A DNA stretch of 64,000 bases from Acidobacteriota bacterium (GCA_049967655.1 JBMFSH010000011.1:13781-77780); one strand, 5' to 3'. Shown: positions 11,944 to 21,676, counted from the stretch's first letter. Translations and numbers: made by a program. The notes: generated by a model from the sequence alone, not told the origin.

Positions 11944-12312
11944 GTGTTCGAGCACCGGAGAGAACCGCTGCTGCCGCGCAGCGCCTTCCTGCGACGCGTG
12001 GCGGCGAGCGCCGCGGCGGCCTTCGGCCTGGTGGCCTTTTCGCTGGCCACCGGGGTCCTTGGCTACCACTTCCTGGAGGGCCAAGCCTGGATCGACGCCC
12101 TGGTGAACGCCTCCATGCTGCTGGGCGGCATGGGCCCCGTGGGCGACCTGCACACCACCGCGGGCAAGCTCTTCGCCAGCTTCTACGCGCTCTACTGCGG
12201 CCTGGTGCTCATCGTGGCCGTGGGGATCGTCTTCGCGCCCCTCTTCCACCGCTTCCTCCACCGCTTCCACCTCGAGGTGGAGGAGGGGGCGCCCGAACAA
12301 CCCGAAGAGTAG
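11944..12312 (+). CDS. Small two-TM membrane protein, K+-channel pore-like
   Basis: TM-WIDALVNASMLLGGMGP-T.AGKLFAS-TM; GGAGGAGG RBS. Confidence 0.65.
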   Translation: MFEHRREPLLPRSAFLRRVAASAAAAFGLVAFSLATGVLGYHFLEGQAWIDALVNASMLLGGMGPVGDLHTTAGKLFASFYALYCGLVLIVAVGIVFAPLFHRFLHRFHLEVEEGAPEQPEE

Positions 12313-12319
12313 CGGCGCC

Positions 12320-13450
12320 TCAGGTCACGCTCTCGCGGAAGACCACCCCCCGCTTGGCCAGCTCCTGCATGACGAAGAGGTAGCAACCCGGTTCCCGGCC
12401 CAGAAACTCGGGCGGGGAGATGCCGGGGCGGCGGTAGAGCCCCCGCGCCACGGCGCGAACCCCCGCCGTGCAGGTGTAGCCCGTGGCGCGTGCCATGGAG
12501 GTGATGCCCGAGGCGGGGTCGTAGCGGTCCAGCAGGTCGAAGACGTGACGGACCCTCCGCCCCTCCTTCTCCCCCTCCACGGTGACGCGCATCACCGTGA
12601 TGTCCTCCTCCCCCTCCCCGAGCCGCCACTCGTGGAAGAGCAGTTTGGCGGTGAGCTCCAGGGGGCTGACGCGCCCTCCCGGCAGATCCACGGGCTCCTT
12701 GCGGAAAAAGCCGGTCTCCCGGAGCATCCTCATCTTCTCGATGTGGCCCGGGTAACGGAGGGTCCGTTCCTTCATGAAGGGAGCCTTGACCGTCGTGATG
12801 AGGGAGCGCAGGCCGTCCGTGTTGAAGGCTTCGAGGGTGCCGACGCCGGGGAAGTCGATGAGCTCGGGTTCGGACAGGGCCGGCATGGAGACCACCCGGC
12901 CGTGCGAGACGTAGCGCGCCGGCCGCGTGTACTCCTCGATCACGTCCGCCGGAGAGAAGACCGCCTTGTACTCGTAGGGCCAGGTCCGCACCACGGGAAG
13001 TCCGCCCACGAGGCACTCGAAGCTGTGCAGGCGCTCCAGGACCGTCTCCAGATAGCCGAGGATGATGTTGCCGCAGCCGGGGGCGATGCCGCAGTCCACC
13101 ACCGCCGTGACCCCCTTCTGCCTGGCCAGATCGTCCAGGAGGAAGGGGTCCTCCTCGAAGAAGGAGATGTCCACGATGGGCTTGCCGCACTCGATGGCCC
13201 GCTTCACGGTGGTAAAGCCCATGGAGCCCGGCACGGCCCCCACCACCAGGTCCGCCGGCTGCACGGCGGCGGCCACCTCGCCCGGGTCACCCAGGTCCGT
13301 CCTGCGGGTGGCGATGCCTGCCACCTCCGCCAAGCGGTCGAGGGCCCCCTGGGAGAGATCCGCCGCAGCCACCTCGAACTCGCCTTCGGCCGCCAGGTCC
13401 CGGGCGATGGCGCTGCCCACCCGCCCGGCGCCCAACACCACGATCTTCAT
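12320..13450 (-). CDS. Saccharopine dehydrogenase / lysine 6-dehydrogenase family
   Basis: GAGRVG Rossmann motif, DCGIAPG, VGGLP, LEAFNTDGLRSL, TLRYPGH, SMARATGY. Confidence 0.9.
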   Translation of the reverse strand: MKIVVLGAGRVGSAIARDLAAEGEFEVAAADLSQGALDRLAEVAGIATRRTDLGDPGEVAAAVQPADLVVGAVPGSMGFTTVKRAIECGKPIVDISFFEEDPFLLDDLARQKGVTAVVDCGIAPGCGNIILGYLETVLERLHSFECLVGGLPVVRTWPYEYKAVFSPADVIEEYTRPARYVSHGRVVSMPALSEPELIDFPGVGTLEAFNTDGLRSLITTVKAPFMKERTLRYPGHIEKMRMLRETGFFRKEPVDLPGGRVSPLELTAKLLFHEWRLGEGEEDITVMRVTVEGEKEGRRVRHVFDLLDRYDPASGITSMARATGYTCTAGVRAVARGLYRRPGISPPEFLGREPGCYLFVMQELAKRGVVFRESVT

Positions 13451-13705
13451 GACCGCCTCCTTCTCCCTATCCGCACCGGGGATTCCGAGCCCTCCGCGTT
13501 TTTTCAGTATAGCTTAGTCCTTGCTCCTCCCGTCCTCATTCCTTCAAGGTCCGTCGGGGAGGAATAAACCGGGCCATCGAATCGGTTTCAAGGGCAGGAA
13601 CCCTACGAAAAATCCAGGCCCCGGGACTGACCGGCTTCAGTTCAGTCCGGGGATGACGCGGAAACGTCCTGCTCTATTCCACCTACATCGGCGGCGCCGG
13701 GACCC

Positions 13706-15358
13706 GTGGGCCCGGCCAGCCCCCGCACAACCGCCGCCGTCAATACGCAGTACGCCCGCCTTCCGCTGGCGTTCGAGGAGAACCGGGAGCAGACGGATGG
13801 TCACGTGCAGTTTCTCGCCAGGGGGGGGAACTACCTCCTCTTTCTCACGTCCGGCAAGGCGGTTCTTAAATTGGCCAGGCCGGAGGGCGGCGGGCCCTCC
13901 GACGGAAAGCCCGGTTGGGTTCCGGTGCCGCCGAAGATCGAGGTGCTGAAGATCGGCCTCTCGGGCGCCAACCCGAGGGCGAAGATCACGGGCGTCGGTG
14001 AGCTTCCTGGACGCACCGCCAGCTTCATCGGAAACGATCCCAGCAAGTGGCGGAGGGACATCCCCTCTTACGGCCGGGTCGTTTACGAAGATCTCTATCC
14101 CGGCATTGACCTGGCCTTCTATGGGAAGCAAGGGCAGATGGAGTTCGACTTCATCCTCAAGCCCGGCGCGAAGCCCGAGGCGGTGTCGCTGGACATTTCG
14201 GGGGCCGGCGGGCTCTCGATCGGCCCGGCGGGCGACTTGATCCTAAAGACTTCGGGTGGGACGCTCCAGTGGACGAGGCCGGCGGTCTACCAGGAGCTGG
14301 ACGGCCGGCGGACACCCGTGGAGGGGCGCTTCGTCCTGAAGGGAACGCGCGTGGGCATCGCCCTTGGCCCCTATGACCCCGCGAGGCCCGTCGTGGTGGA
14401 CCCGGTGCTGGCCTACTCCACCTACCTGGGGGGGAGCGGGAGCGACAGGACCTACAGCATCGCCCTGGATTCGACCGGAGCCATGTACGTGTGCGGGGTG
14501 ACCTCCTCCACCAACTTCCCCACGGCCTTCCCTCTGCAACCTAACAACCACGGCGCGCAGGACGCCTTCCTAGCCAAGCTCAGCGCCGTCCCGACCCTGA
14601 CGGCCACCGCATCGGCCACCCCCACGTCGGGGCAGGCGCCACTGGCCGTCAGCTTCACCGGCTCCGCCTCGGGAGGGACGGCGCCCTACACCTACGCATG
14701 GTCCTTTGGGGACAGCATCACCGGATCAGGCGCCGCCACCACCCACACCTATTCGTCGGCCGGCGTCTACCCCGTCACCCTCACGGTGACCGACTCCGCT
14801 TCCCTGGCCGTCACCGACAGCCACCTCGTGATTACGGTGGCGGCTCCCGCGGCGCTCACCGTGAACGCGACCGTCACGCCGCTCTCGGGCAATGCGCCGC
14901 TGGCCGTCACTTTCGCGGGTACGGCCTCGGGTGGGGTGCCGCCGTACGCCTACGCGTGGACCTTCGGAGACAGCACCAGCGGGGCGGGCGCCAGCATCAG
15001 CCACACCTACACGGCGAGCGGGACCTTTACCGTTCGCGCCACGGTAACCGATTCGGCCAGCGTGACGGCCTCGGCCGCCACCACCGTCCAGGCCATCAAC
15101 CCGCCCGCCATCAGCAGCGTCTCCAAGGCGGGCAACCCCTTCCGGCTTAAGATCTACGGCAGTAATTTTCACAGCAACTGCACGGTCAAGGTCAACGGGG
15201 CGTCCGTCCCCCTCTCCCAGTACAAGAGCCCCAGCCTGGTGATCGCCAAGAAGGGCGCCGCCCTCAAGGCGATGGTGCTCAAGGGGGTGACCGTCCAGAT
15301 CACCGTCACCAACAACGAGGATGGAGGCGTCTCCGCACCCTTCAGCTTCACCTGGTAG
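13706..15358 (+). CDS. SBBP-repeat/PKD-domain surface protein; N-terminus uncertain, possibly truncated
   Basis: LPLAFEEN, Y.DLYPGIDL, DPVLAYSTYLGGSG, one SBBP repeat, two PKD repeats (YAWSFGD, YAWTFGD), C-terminal Ig/TIG-like domain; no signal peptide visible. Confidence 0.75.
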   Translation: MGPASPRTTAAVNTQYARLPLAFEENREQTDGHVQFLARGGNYLLFLTSGKAVLKLARPEGGGPSDGKPGWVPVPPKIEVLKIGLSGANPRAKITGVGELPGRTASFIGNDPSKWRRDIPSYGRVVYEDLYPGIDLAFYGKQGQMEFDFILKPGAKPEAVSLDISGAGGLSIGPAGDLILKTSGGTLQWTRPAVYQELDGRRTPVEGRFVLKGTRVGIALGPYDPARPVVVDPVLAYSTYLGGSGSDRTYSIALDSTGAMYVCGVTSSTNFPTAFPLQPNNHGAQDAFLAKLSAVPTLTATASATPTSGQAPLAVSFTGSASGGTAPYTYAWSFGDSITGSGAATTHTYSSAGVYPVTLTVTDSASLAVTDSHLVITVAAPAALTVNATVTPLSGNAPLAVTFAGTASGGVPPYAYAWTFGDSTSGAGASISHTYTASGTFTVRATVTDSASVTASAATTVQAINPPAISSVSKAGNPFRLKIYGSNFHSNCTVKVNGASVPLSQYKSPSLVIAKKGAALKAMVLKGVTVQITVTNNEDGGVSAPFSFTW

Positions 15359-15383
15359 CGGCTCGCGTCTGAACAGGGCGCAA

Positions 15384-15416
15384 ACGAAAGGGCGGGCAGC
15401 CAGCCCGCCCTTTCGT
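15384..15416 (+). terminator. Intrinsic terminator
   Basis: ACGAAAGGGCGGGC-agcca-GCCCGCCCTTTCGT hairpin after the stop. Confidence 0.75.
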
Positions 15417-15552
15417 GCTTCTCCTCTTCTTCTGCCCTCAGGGGACGCTACTTCCTGCCGCCGGAGCCGCGGAAGGGGATGAGATCGCGGCTGGGGCGGC
15501 GGTGCTCCCACGGCGTGATGTGCGAGGAGGGGCGGCATCCGCTCCTCCCCCT

Positions 15553-15581
15553 TTGACATGGAAGCGCGGGGGCCTTATGGT
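15553..15581 (+). promoter_or_regulatory. Sigma70-type promoter of the PilZ gene
   Basis: TTGACA-17 nt-TATGGT. Confidence 0.6.
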
Positions 15582-15615
15582 TGTTCTGTAAGTCAACTTC
15601 TCATTGGAGCCGGTC

Positions 15616-16065
15616 ATGCCAGAGCGTAGGGCGGCGTTGCGCATCAAGCCCGAGAAGCCCATCCGGGCCAAGGTGAAGGCCTACATTCCCGTCCGGGTGA
15701 TGGACATCTCTCCCCGCGGGGCTCTGCTGGAGATCACCCAGCCCCTGCCGCCCAAGACGAAGTGTGACCTCAGGGTCCAGGAAAACGGGGACGAACTGGT
15801 GCTCCAGGCCACGGTGAGGCGGTGCTGCGTCTGGGGATACGGGACCAACGACCGGCTGGAGCGCGTGGTGGTCTACCGGGCCGGGCTGCAGTTCCGCGAC
15901 CTCTCGGGGGAGCAGGAGGAGCGGCTCTCCACCCGGGTCATGCAGCCGGTCGGTGCGGACCTGAGCTCCGGCGGTCGGGACGGGGCCGACTCGGACTCGC
16001 CGATCCTCGTGGGCATCGACCCGTCCGACCTCCGGAAGGAGCCCGGCGGCTCGCCGGAATCCTGA
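15616..16065 (+). CDS. PilZ domain (c-di-GMP-binding) protein
   Basis: ERRAALR (RxxxR) and DISPRG (DxSxxG), C-terminal GLQF. Confidence 0.8.
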   Translation: MPERRAALRIKPEKPIRAKVKAYIPVRVMDISPRGALLEITQPLPPKTKCDLRVQENGDELVLQATVRRCCVWGYGTNDRLERVVVYRAGLQFRDLSGEQEERLSTRVMQPVGADLSSGGRDGADSDSPILVGIDPSDLRKEPGGSPES

Positions 16066-16110
16066 GGTCGCCGCCGGCCGAGGGCTCGGCGTCCAGGCGA
16101 GGCGGCTCTT

Positions 16111-17259
16111 CTACCAGCCGCCGATCCTGCGCCATTCTCCGCAAACGGCCCCCTCTCTCAACACCACATACCGATCGAAGCAGGCCGCCGCCAGACACGA
16201 GTGGTTGGGCACGACGCGCAGGCAGCTCCCCACGGGCAGGCTCGCGTAGTCTATGGGCGCCAGGCCTCGGACCAGCCCGTGCTCCTGGGAGAGGGACCAC
16301 AGCCGAAGGTGCCGCAGGGGGAGGCCTTGTGCCGTGTACAGCCCGCCGAACCCGCTGTCCGGGGCCACGTGGACGGGACCCGGGTCCTTGGAGAGGGCGA
16401 GCGCCCCGGCGTTGAGGAGCAGCTCGTTGCGGCCTGGGTAGTGTCCGATCACGGTGGCCAGGACCGAGAAGGCCAGGGCGTCCTCGGCTTCGCAGCTCCC
16501 GATGGCCGCCTGGAACGCGTCGAAGAAGACGTAGTTGCCCGGCCTGATCTCCGTGACGCCCGCCCACCCCTCCGCCGCGCAGCAGGTGGGCGTCGAGCCC
16601 ACGCTCACGGACTCAACGCGGACGCCCGATTCACGTAGCCGCCGCGCGAACAGGTCCATGACGGCGCGCTCCTGCTCGGCCACCGTCTTGGCCTCGTCGC
16701 GGGACCGGCAGGCATAGCTCTGGCCGGCGTGCGTGAGGATGCCCAGAAACTCCACGCCCGGTGAGTCCTGAAGGCGCCTGGCGAGGGCCAGGGCGCGGTC
16801 GGACCGCGGGTCCACGCCGGCTCGGTGATAGCCGCAGTCGACCTTGAGGAAGACGCGGAACCGAGCCCCCTGCGCCTCGGCGAAGGCCTCCATCGCGGCT
16901 AACGTCGCCTCGTTGTCCAGGAGCAGGTTGAGCCGGATGCGGCGCCCCAGCTCCGCTGCGTCGGGCAGGACAGGGAGGGGAAGGGGCACGGCGTAGGTGA
17001 CGTCCCGGAAGCCTGCCTCCGCGAAGCCCCTCGCCTCCGCCAGCGTGGAGACGGTGACGGGGGCCGGGCTGCCGCCCGACTGGATGAGCCCGATCTCCAC
17101 GCACTTGTGCGTCTTCACGTGGGGGCGCAGGGCCACCCCGAGGCGGGATGCCTTCCGGGCCATGCGCGCCGTGTTGGCCTCCAGCCGGCGCAGGTCCACG
17201 AGGGCGGCGGGAGTTCGGAGGCCCTGAATTCGCACGGGAAAATTCTCGGGGACGATCAC
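16111..17259 (-). CDS. PLP-dependent D-serine dehydratase / D-threonine aldolase family (alanine racemase fold)
   Basis: LRPHVKTHK, HRAGV, THAGQSY, VGSTPT, EIRPGNY, SQEHG, PNHSC. Confidence 0.88.
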   Translation of the reverse strand: MIVPENFPVRIQGLRTPAALVDLRRLEANTARMARKASRLGVALRPHVKTHKCVEIGLIQSGGSPAPVTVSTLAEARGFAEAGFRDVTYAVPLPLPVLPDAAELGRRIRLNLLLDNEATLAAMEAFAEAQGARFRVFLKVDCGYHRAGVDPRSDRALALARRLQDSPGVEFLGILTHAGQSYACRSRDEAKTVAEQERAVMDLFARRLRESGVRVESVSVGSTPTCCAAEGWAGVTEIRPGNYVFFDAFQAAIGSCEAEDALAFSVLATVIGHYPGRNELLLNAGALALSKDPGPVHVAPDSGFGGLYTAQGLPLRHLRLWSLSQEHGLVRGLAPIDYASLPVGSCLRVVPNHSCLAAACFDRYVVLREGAVCGEWRRIGGW

Positions 17260-17271
17260 TCGACCACTCGA

Positions 17272-17625
17272 TCACCGGTGGGGTTCAAACAGGCCGATCA
17301 CGTTTCCGTCCGGGTCCTTGACGCGTGAAAACCACCCCACGCCGGGGATCTCGGCCTTCGGCGTCACCACTGCCCCGCCGAGCTCCTCGGCCTGCTCGCT
17401 GCTGGTGGCGACGGAGGGGACTTGGACGTAGACGGTCGGAGAATCCCCCGGCCTCACTTCGGCCATCCGCTGGACGCCCACATCCGGGCCCTCGGGCGCG
17501 GTGAAGAGGAGGTAGTCCTCCCCGAAGGGCTCGAACTCCCACCCGAAGAGCCCCCAGAGGAAGGCCTTGGTCCGCTCGAGATCGGTGCAGGACCATTCCA
17601 CGCGGCAGACGCCGTGAAGAGCCAT
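17272..17625 (-). CDS. VOC/glyoxalase family protein
   Basis: LFGWEF, VYVQV, ELGG, IPGVGWF..VKDPDGNVIGL. Confidence 0.88.
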   Translation of the reverse strand: MALHGVCRVEWSCTDLERTKAFLWGLFGWEFEPFGEDYLLFTAPEGPDVGVQRMAEVRPGDSPTVYVQVPSVATSSEQAEELGGAVVTPKAEIPGVGWFSRVKDPDGNVIGLFEPHR

Positions 17626-17756
17626 GTCCACCTCTCCTTCCGGCCCCTCTTCCCGGCCGGCGCCCGGGGGCACAGCGCAAGGGGAGGAGCCCGTTCTGAA
17701 ATGGGGCGGCCGTCCCCAATCGGACGGCCGCCCAGGGATCGCTCGCCTGAATCCCC

Positions 17757-17939
17757 CTATTTGGGGGCCGGCGGTGGAATCTTGTGGACCTGCGGCGGCT
17801 GGCTCGGGGTCTCCGTGCGGCTCTGGGTCCGCTCCCGGCCCACGCGCGAAGCCTGCCCCGGCACGGCGGCGTGCTCCTCCGGCCACGGTCCACGGTAGCT
17901 TCTGTGTTGGATGGTCTTCCCGTGTTTCTTTCCGGGCAT
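17757..17939 (-). CDS. Putative 60-aa basic small protein
   Basis: GGAGGT 5 nt before ATG; 12-bp hairpin at 17704-17733 just downstream; no homology recognised. Confidence 0.45.
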   Translation of the reverse strand: MPGKKHGKTIQHRSYRGPWPEEHAAVPGQASRVGRERTQSRTETPSQPPQVHKIPPPAPK

Positions 17940-18023
17940 AATGCACCTCCCGGCACGCGAGTCAATGGATAAGGGTGCCTGTCCTCAATTTAGGGCCCGG
18001 CGCCCCCCGGCGCAAACGGTTCC

Positions 18024-19493
18024 TCACACTCGCTGCAGCGCCCGCACAAAGGCTTCCGCGTAAGACCCTCCCGGGAAAAGGCTCTCCAGAAGTGCGGGGG
18101 CAAGGTGGAGGGTCTCCTCCCGCGTCAGGCAGAAGCGCATGGTGCTGAAGCGCGCGCGGTACTCCGCCACCTCCTCGCCCACCGGCCTCCGTCGCACGAC
18201 CACGTGGGCGATCAGGCGCGCCAAGTGCTCGAAGTCCGCCTCCTCCATGCCGAACCGGGTCATCTCCTGGACGCCCAGCCTCAGGCCGCTGGGGTGGTAG
18301 AAGCTCTCGTCGTCGGGCAGGGCCTGGAAATTCACGATGAGGTTGTTCCGCTCCAGGCTGCTCGCGATCTCCTTCGCGTCGCCGAAGGGGGCCACCCGCA
18401 GGACCACCTGGTGGGTGTGGGTGAAGCCCTCGGCTTCGCCGCCCTCCACCGGGATGCCGGCATCGGCGCAGAAACGGGCGAAGGCCCTGGCGTTGGCCAG
18501 GACCTGGCTCTGGTAGGCGTCCCGAAAGTGGTTCATCTCAAGGGTCGCCGCCAGCATGGCGAGCTGGGTGCCCAGGTGGTGGTTGCTCGTGGAGCCCGGG
18601 AAGGCCCGGCCGACGATCTCCATCCAGAGCTTGCGAGCCGACGTCCCCTTGGCCAGGTTGGAGGCGATGATCCCCCGCTGGGGGCCGAAGAAGGTCTTGT
18701 GGGTCGAGCCGGTGACGATGTCGGCGCCCTCCGCCATGGGGTCCTGGAAGCGGGGACCGAGAAGGCCCAGGACGTGGGCTCCGTCGTACATGACCACCGG
18801 CCGGGGCCCGGAGGTCCCGCCGAGGCGCTCCCGCAGGGCCCGCACGGGCTCCGGGTGGAGGAAGAGGCTCTTGCCGAAGACCACCAGCGCCGGGCGGTGC
18901 CGCTCTACCAGCTCCAGCATGCGGGGAACGTCGATCCGGTAGGGGTTGTGGGATTCCACGGGGAAGTGCACCACCTCCCCCTCGACGAAGTTGAAGAGGG
19001 CGCCGAAGGGCTGCGCCGAGAGGTGGCCGCCCGCGTTCAGGTCGTTGTTCATCACACTGGACAGCCGGCCCGTGGGGCCCAGGGCCTGAAAACCCTCGGG
19101 GGCACCGGCCAGGAACTTCACCACCCCCTTGAAGACAATCTCGTTGGCCATCTGGCCGCTGACGGGCCTCGTCTCCACCTCGCTGCCGCCGATGTAGGCC
19201 GCAAATTCCCGCTTGAGGCGCTCCTCCACCTCGTAGATGAAGTCCGTTCCCTGGTAGTAGTAGACCTGGTCCCCTTTGAGGGCGCCCGATCCCTGGAGGG
19301 ACTCCAGCTCCCGCTTAAGGGCCGTCTTGTGCTCGGCGTAGCGACCGGCGGGATCGCTGATCTCGCACAGCTTCACCAGGAGCGATGGCGTGTTCTCCGA
19401 CGGGATCAGGTTGAAGCACCGCCGCTGCCGCCAGAGGTTGTTCTCCACCACCTTGCCGACGAGTTCGCGCAGGCTCTCTTCCAACGGTCTCAT
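18024..19493 (-). CDS. Serine hydroxymethyltransferase-like PLP enzyme (divergent)
   Basis: LIPSEN, RYAEH, SGQMAN, AGGHLS, YDGAH, GSTHKTFFGPQRG, SGLRLG. Confidence 0.85.
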   Translation of the reverse strand: MRPLEESLRELVGKVVENNLWRQRRCFNLIPSENTPSLLVKLCEISDPAGRYAEHKTALKRELESLQGSGALKGDQVYYYQGTDFIYEVEERLKREFAAYIGGSEVETRPVSGQMANEIVFKGVVKFLAGAPEGFQALGPTGRLSSVMNNDLNAGGHLSAQPFGALFNFVEGEVVHFPVESHNPYRIDVPRMLELVERHRPALVVFGKSLFLHPEPVRALRERLGGTSGPRPVVMYDGAHVLGLLGPRFQDPMAEGADIVTGSTHKTFFGPQRGIIASNLAKGTSARKLWMEIVGRAFPGSTSNHHLGTQLAMLAATLEMNHFRDAYQSQVLANARAFARFCADAGIPVEGGEAEGFTHTHQVVLRVAPFGDAKEIASSLERNNLIVNFQALPDDESFYHPSGLRLGVQEMTRFGMEEADFEHLARLIAHVVVRRRPVGEEVAEYRARFSTMRFCLTREETLHLAPALLESLFPGGSYAEAFVRALQRV

Positions 19494-19646
19494 GTCGTCC
19501 CCCTCAGCGTCGGGAACAGTATATCGCCACCGCGGCGGCCCAAAACCATTCGCGCCCCCTGCTGGACTGCCCGTCTTGGGGGAGCGAGGCCGAGGAGGGC
19601 GAACTACGGCGCCCCGGTGGGGCCAGCCGGCGGGCCGGCCACCGCC

Positions 19647-19877
19647 CTAGCCGTTCCCGCTGGCCTTCTGGTCCACCTTCTGCTGGATCTTCTGCCCGCC
19701 GCGTTCGATGGCCGAACCGGTCTTTTCCAGGGCCGTGCCGACGGCGTCGGCCGTCTTGTTGGCCGCGTGGTCGACGGCTTGGCCGGCCCTCTCCATGGGG
19801 CCGTGGTGTTCGGCGCAGCCGGCAAGGGCGCCCAGGGCCAAGGCGAGGGTGAGTACGATGATGACTTTCCGGCACAT
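19647..19877 (-). CDS. Small lipoprotein
   Basis: Signal peptide with lipobox LAGC; GPMERAGQAVD; GAGGAGG RBS. Confidence 0.8.
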   Translation of the reverse strand: MCRKVIIVLTLALALGALAGCAEHHGPMERAGQAVDHAANKTADAVGTALEKTGSAIERGGQKIQQKVDQKASGNG

Positions 19878-20010
19878 GGTCAATCCTCCTCGCTCCCTCC
19901 CTTGCAAGAAACAGACCGGCAGACGCCTTTCATTCCCCCGAGGCGGGGCGGTAAGGCCTCCGGGCGGACCGGGGAAAACTTCCCTATATTTTCACTTGGA
20001 GGTGGAGTTC

Positions 20011-20679
20011 ATGTGCGGGCGGTTCACCGTTCGGCTTCCGACGCCCGATCTTGCCGCGGCCTTCGGCGTCGCAGCGAGGGCGAGAGAGACGGCCCCCAGC
20101 TTCAACGTGGCACCCGGCCGGGAGGTCCCCGTGGTCGTGGACGAGGGGGAGGGGCGTCGGCTCGATGCCTTCCGGTGGGGCCTCATCCCTCGTTGGGCCA
20201 AGGATCCCTCCATCGGAGAGCGGCTGATCAACGCCAGGGCCGAGACGGTAGCCGAAAAGCCCGCCTTCCGCCAGGCCTTTCTGCACCGGCGCTGCCTCAT
20301 TTTGGCGGACGGGTTCTATGAGTGGAAGGCAGAGGGGACACGAAAGACGCCTTACTTCATCTCCGTCGAGGGAGTTCCCGTCTTTGCCTTCGCCGGCCTA
20401 TGGGAGCGGTGGGCTCCTCCGGACGGCGAGCCCGTCTTGAGCTGTGCCATTTTGACCGTGGAGGCCAACGCCTTCATGCGGTCCATCCACCACCGGATGC
20501 CCGTCATATTGCCGCCCGAGGCCCATGGAGCCTGGCTCGATCCCCATAACGGGGACCGCCAGGCCCTGCTCGCCCTACTCAGGCCCTTTCCTTCGGAAGG
20601 GATGCGGGCCCATCCCGTCTCCACCTTCGTCAACGCGGCGAGGCACGACTCCATCCAGTGCGTCCTGCCGCTGGAGTGA
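20011..20679 (+). CDS. SOS response-associated peptidase (SRAP/YedK family)
   Basis: N-terminal MCGRF, WGLIP.W, INARAET, RCLI.ADGFYEW, HHRMP. Confidence 0.95.
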   Translation: MCGRFTVRLPTPDLAAAFGVAARARETAPSFNVAPGREVPVVVDEGEGRRLDAFRWGLIPRWAKDPSIGERLINARAETVAEKPAFRQAFLHRRCLILADGFYEWKAEGTRKTPYFISVEGVPVFAFAGLWERWAPPDGEPVLSCAILTVEANAFMRSIHHRMPVILPPEAHGAWLDPHNGDRQALLALLRPFPSEGMRAHPVSTFVNAARHDSIQCVLPLE

Positions 20680-20874
20680 TGGCCCACCCAAATCAGTGGT
20701 TGTGACACCCTTTTCCATTGTACGTGATCTGTCGCGCCTTCCAAGGCCATTCCCCTCCTCCATCGCGGGATTGGGGCCCCCGCGTCCCGAGGACAGCCCT
20801 AGGGGCCTCTGGTATGCTGGTGGCGCGACGGTCCGCCCGCCCCGAAGGGGCCCCGCAGGCCAGAGGAGGTAACC

Positions 20875-21570
20875 ATGAGCGAGACCTTGAAGCCGCCCTA
20901 CCTGGAAAGGGACGAGACCCGAGGCGACATCCAGGTGTGGATCGTGGACGGCCCCTACATCCGGGGCCGACTGGACGAGGAATTCACGAACTTCGGCCAG
21001 CACTACCGCTTCCCCTACATCCCCGAGAAGGAGTTCTGGATCGATCGCGAGGCCGAGCACGACGAGCGGCGCTTCTTCATCGACCACCTCCTCGTGGAGC
21101 ACCGGTTGATGGCCGCGGGCATGCCCTACGAAAAGGCCATCGTGCTGGCCGACCAGGCGGAACGAAAGGAGCGCCGGAGGGCCGGCGACGTGCGCAAGCT
21201 GACCCACGCCGGAACACAGCTTCCCGAGGGAAAAGAGGTCCACGAGCGCCTCTGGAAACGCCTTGAGAGCGGCGTCTCGGTCTGGATCGTCAACGGAAGG
21301 CTGGTGCGCAGCGCCTTCGACATTGACTACACCGAGGGCGGTCACGACTACGTCTACGAGTTCGTGCCCCAGAACGAGGTCTGGATCGACGACGCCATCG
21401 AGGAGGCGGAGCGCCCCTTCGTCCTCCTCCACGAGCTCCACGAGCGCAACCGGATGGCCTCGGGCTGGCCCTACAGCAAGGCCCACGCGGAATCGAGCCG
21501 GGTGGAATTCCACTGCCGACACCACCCCGATGAGCTCCACGACGCCCTCGCCGCTGAGGGTTGGGCGTAG
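20875..21570 (+). CDS. Hypothetical protein made of two tandem homologous domains, the second with HExxE
   Basis: VWIVDG..IR...E.WID...ERRFFIDH..E..LM..G.PY.KA repeated as VWIVNG..VR...E.WID...ERPFVLLHELHE..RM..G.PY.KAH; GGAGGT RBS. Confidence 0.8.
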   Translation: MSETLKPPYLERDETRGDIQVWIVDGPYIRGRLDEEFTNFGQHYRFPYIPEKEFWIDREAEHDERRFFIDHLLVEHRLMAAGMPYEKAIVLADQAERKERRRAGDVRKLTHAGTQLPEGKEVHERLWKRLESGVSVWIVNGRLVRSAFDIDYTEGGHDYVYEFVPQNEVWIDDAIEEAERPFVLLHELHERNRMASGWPYSKAHAESSRVEFHCRHHPDELHDALAAEGWA

Positions 21571-21676
21571 TTGAAGTGGAACCACAGAGGCACCGAGACA
21601 CAGAGGATAACTTTTGGCCTGATGGCCAAAAGACATTAAAGAAGATCGTCCACAGGTTGAGACCCTGTTTCCCCCT

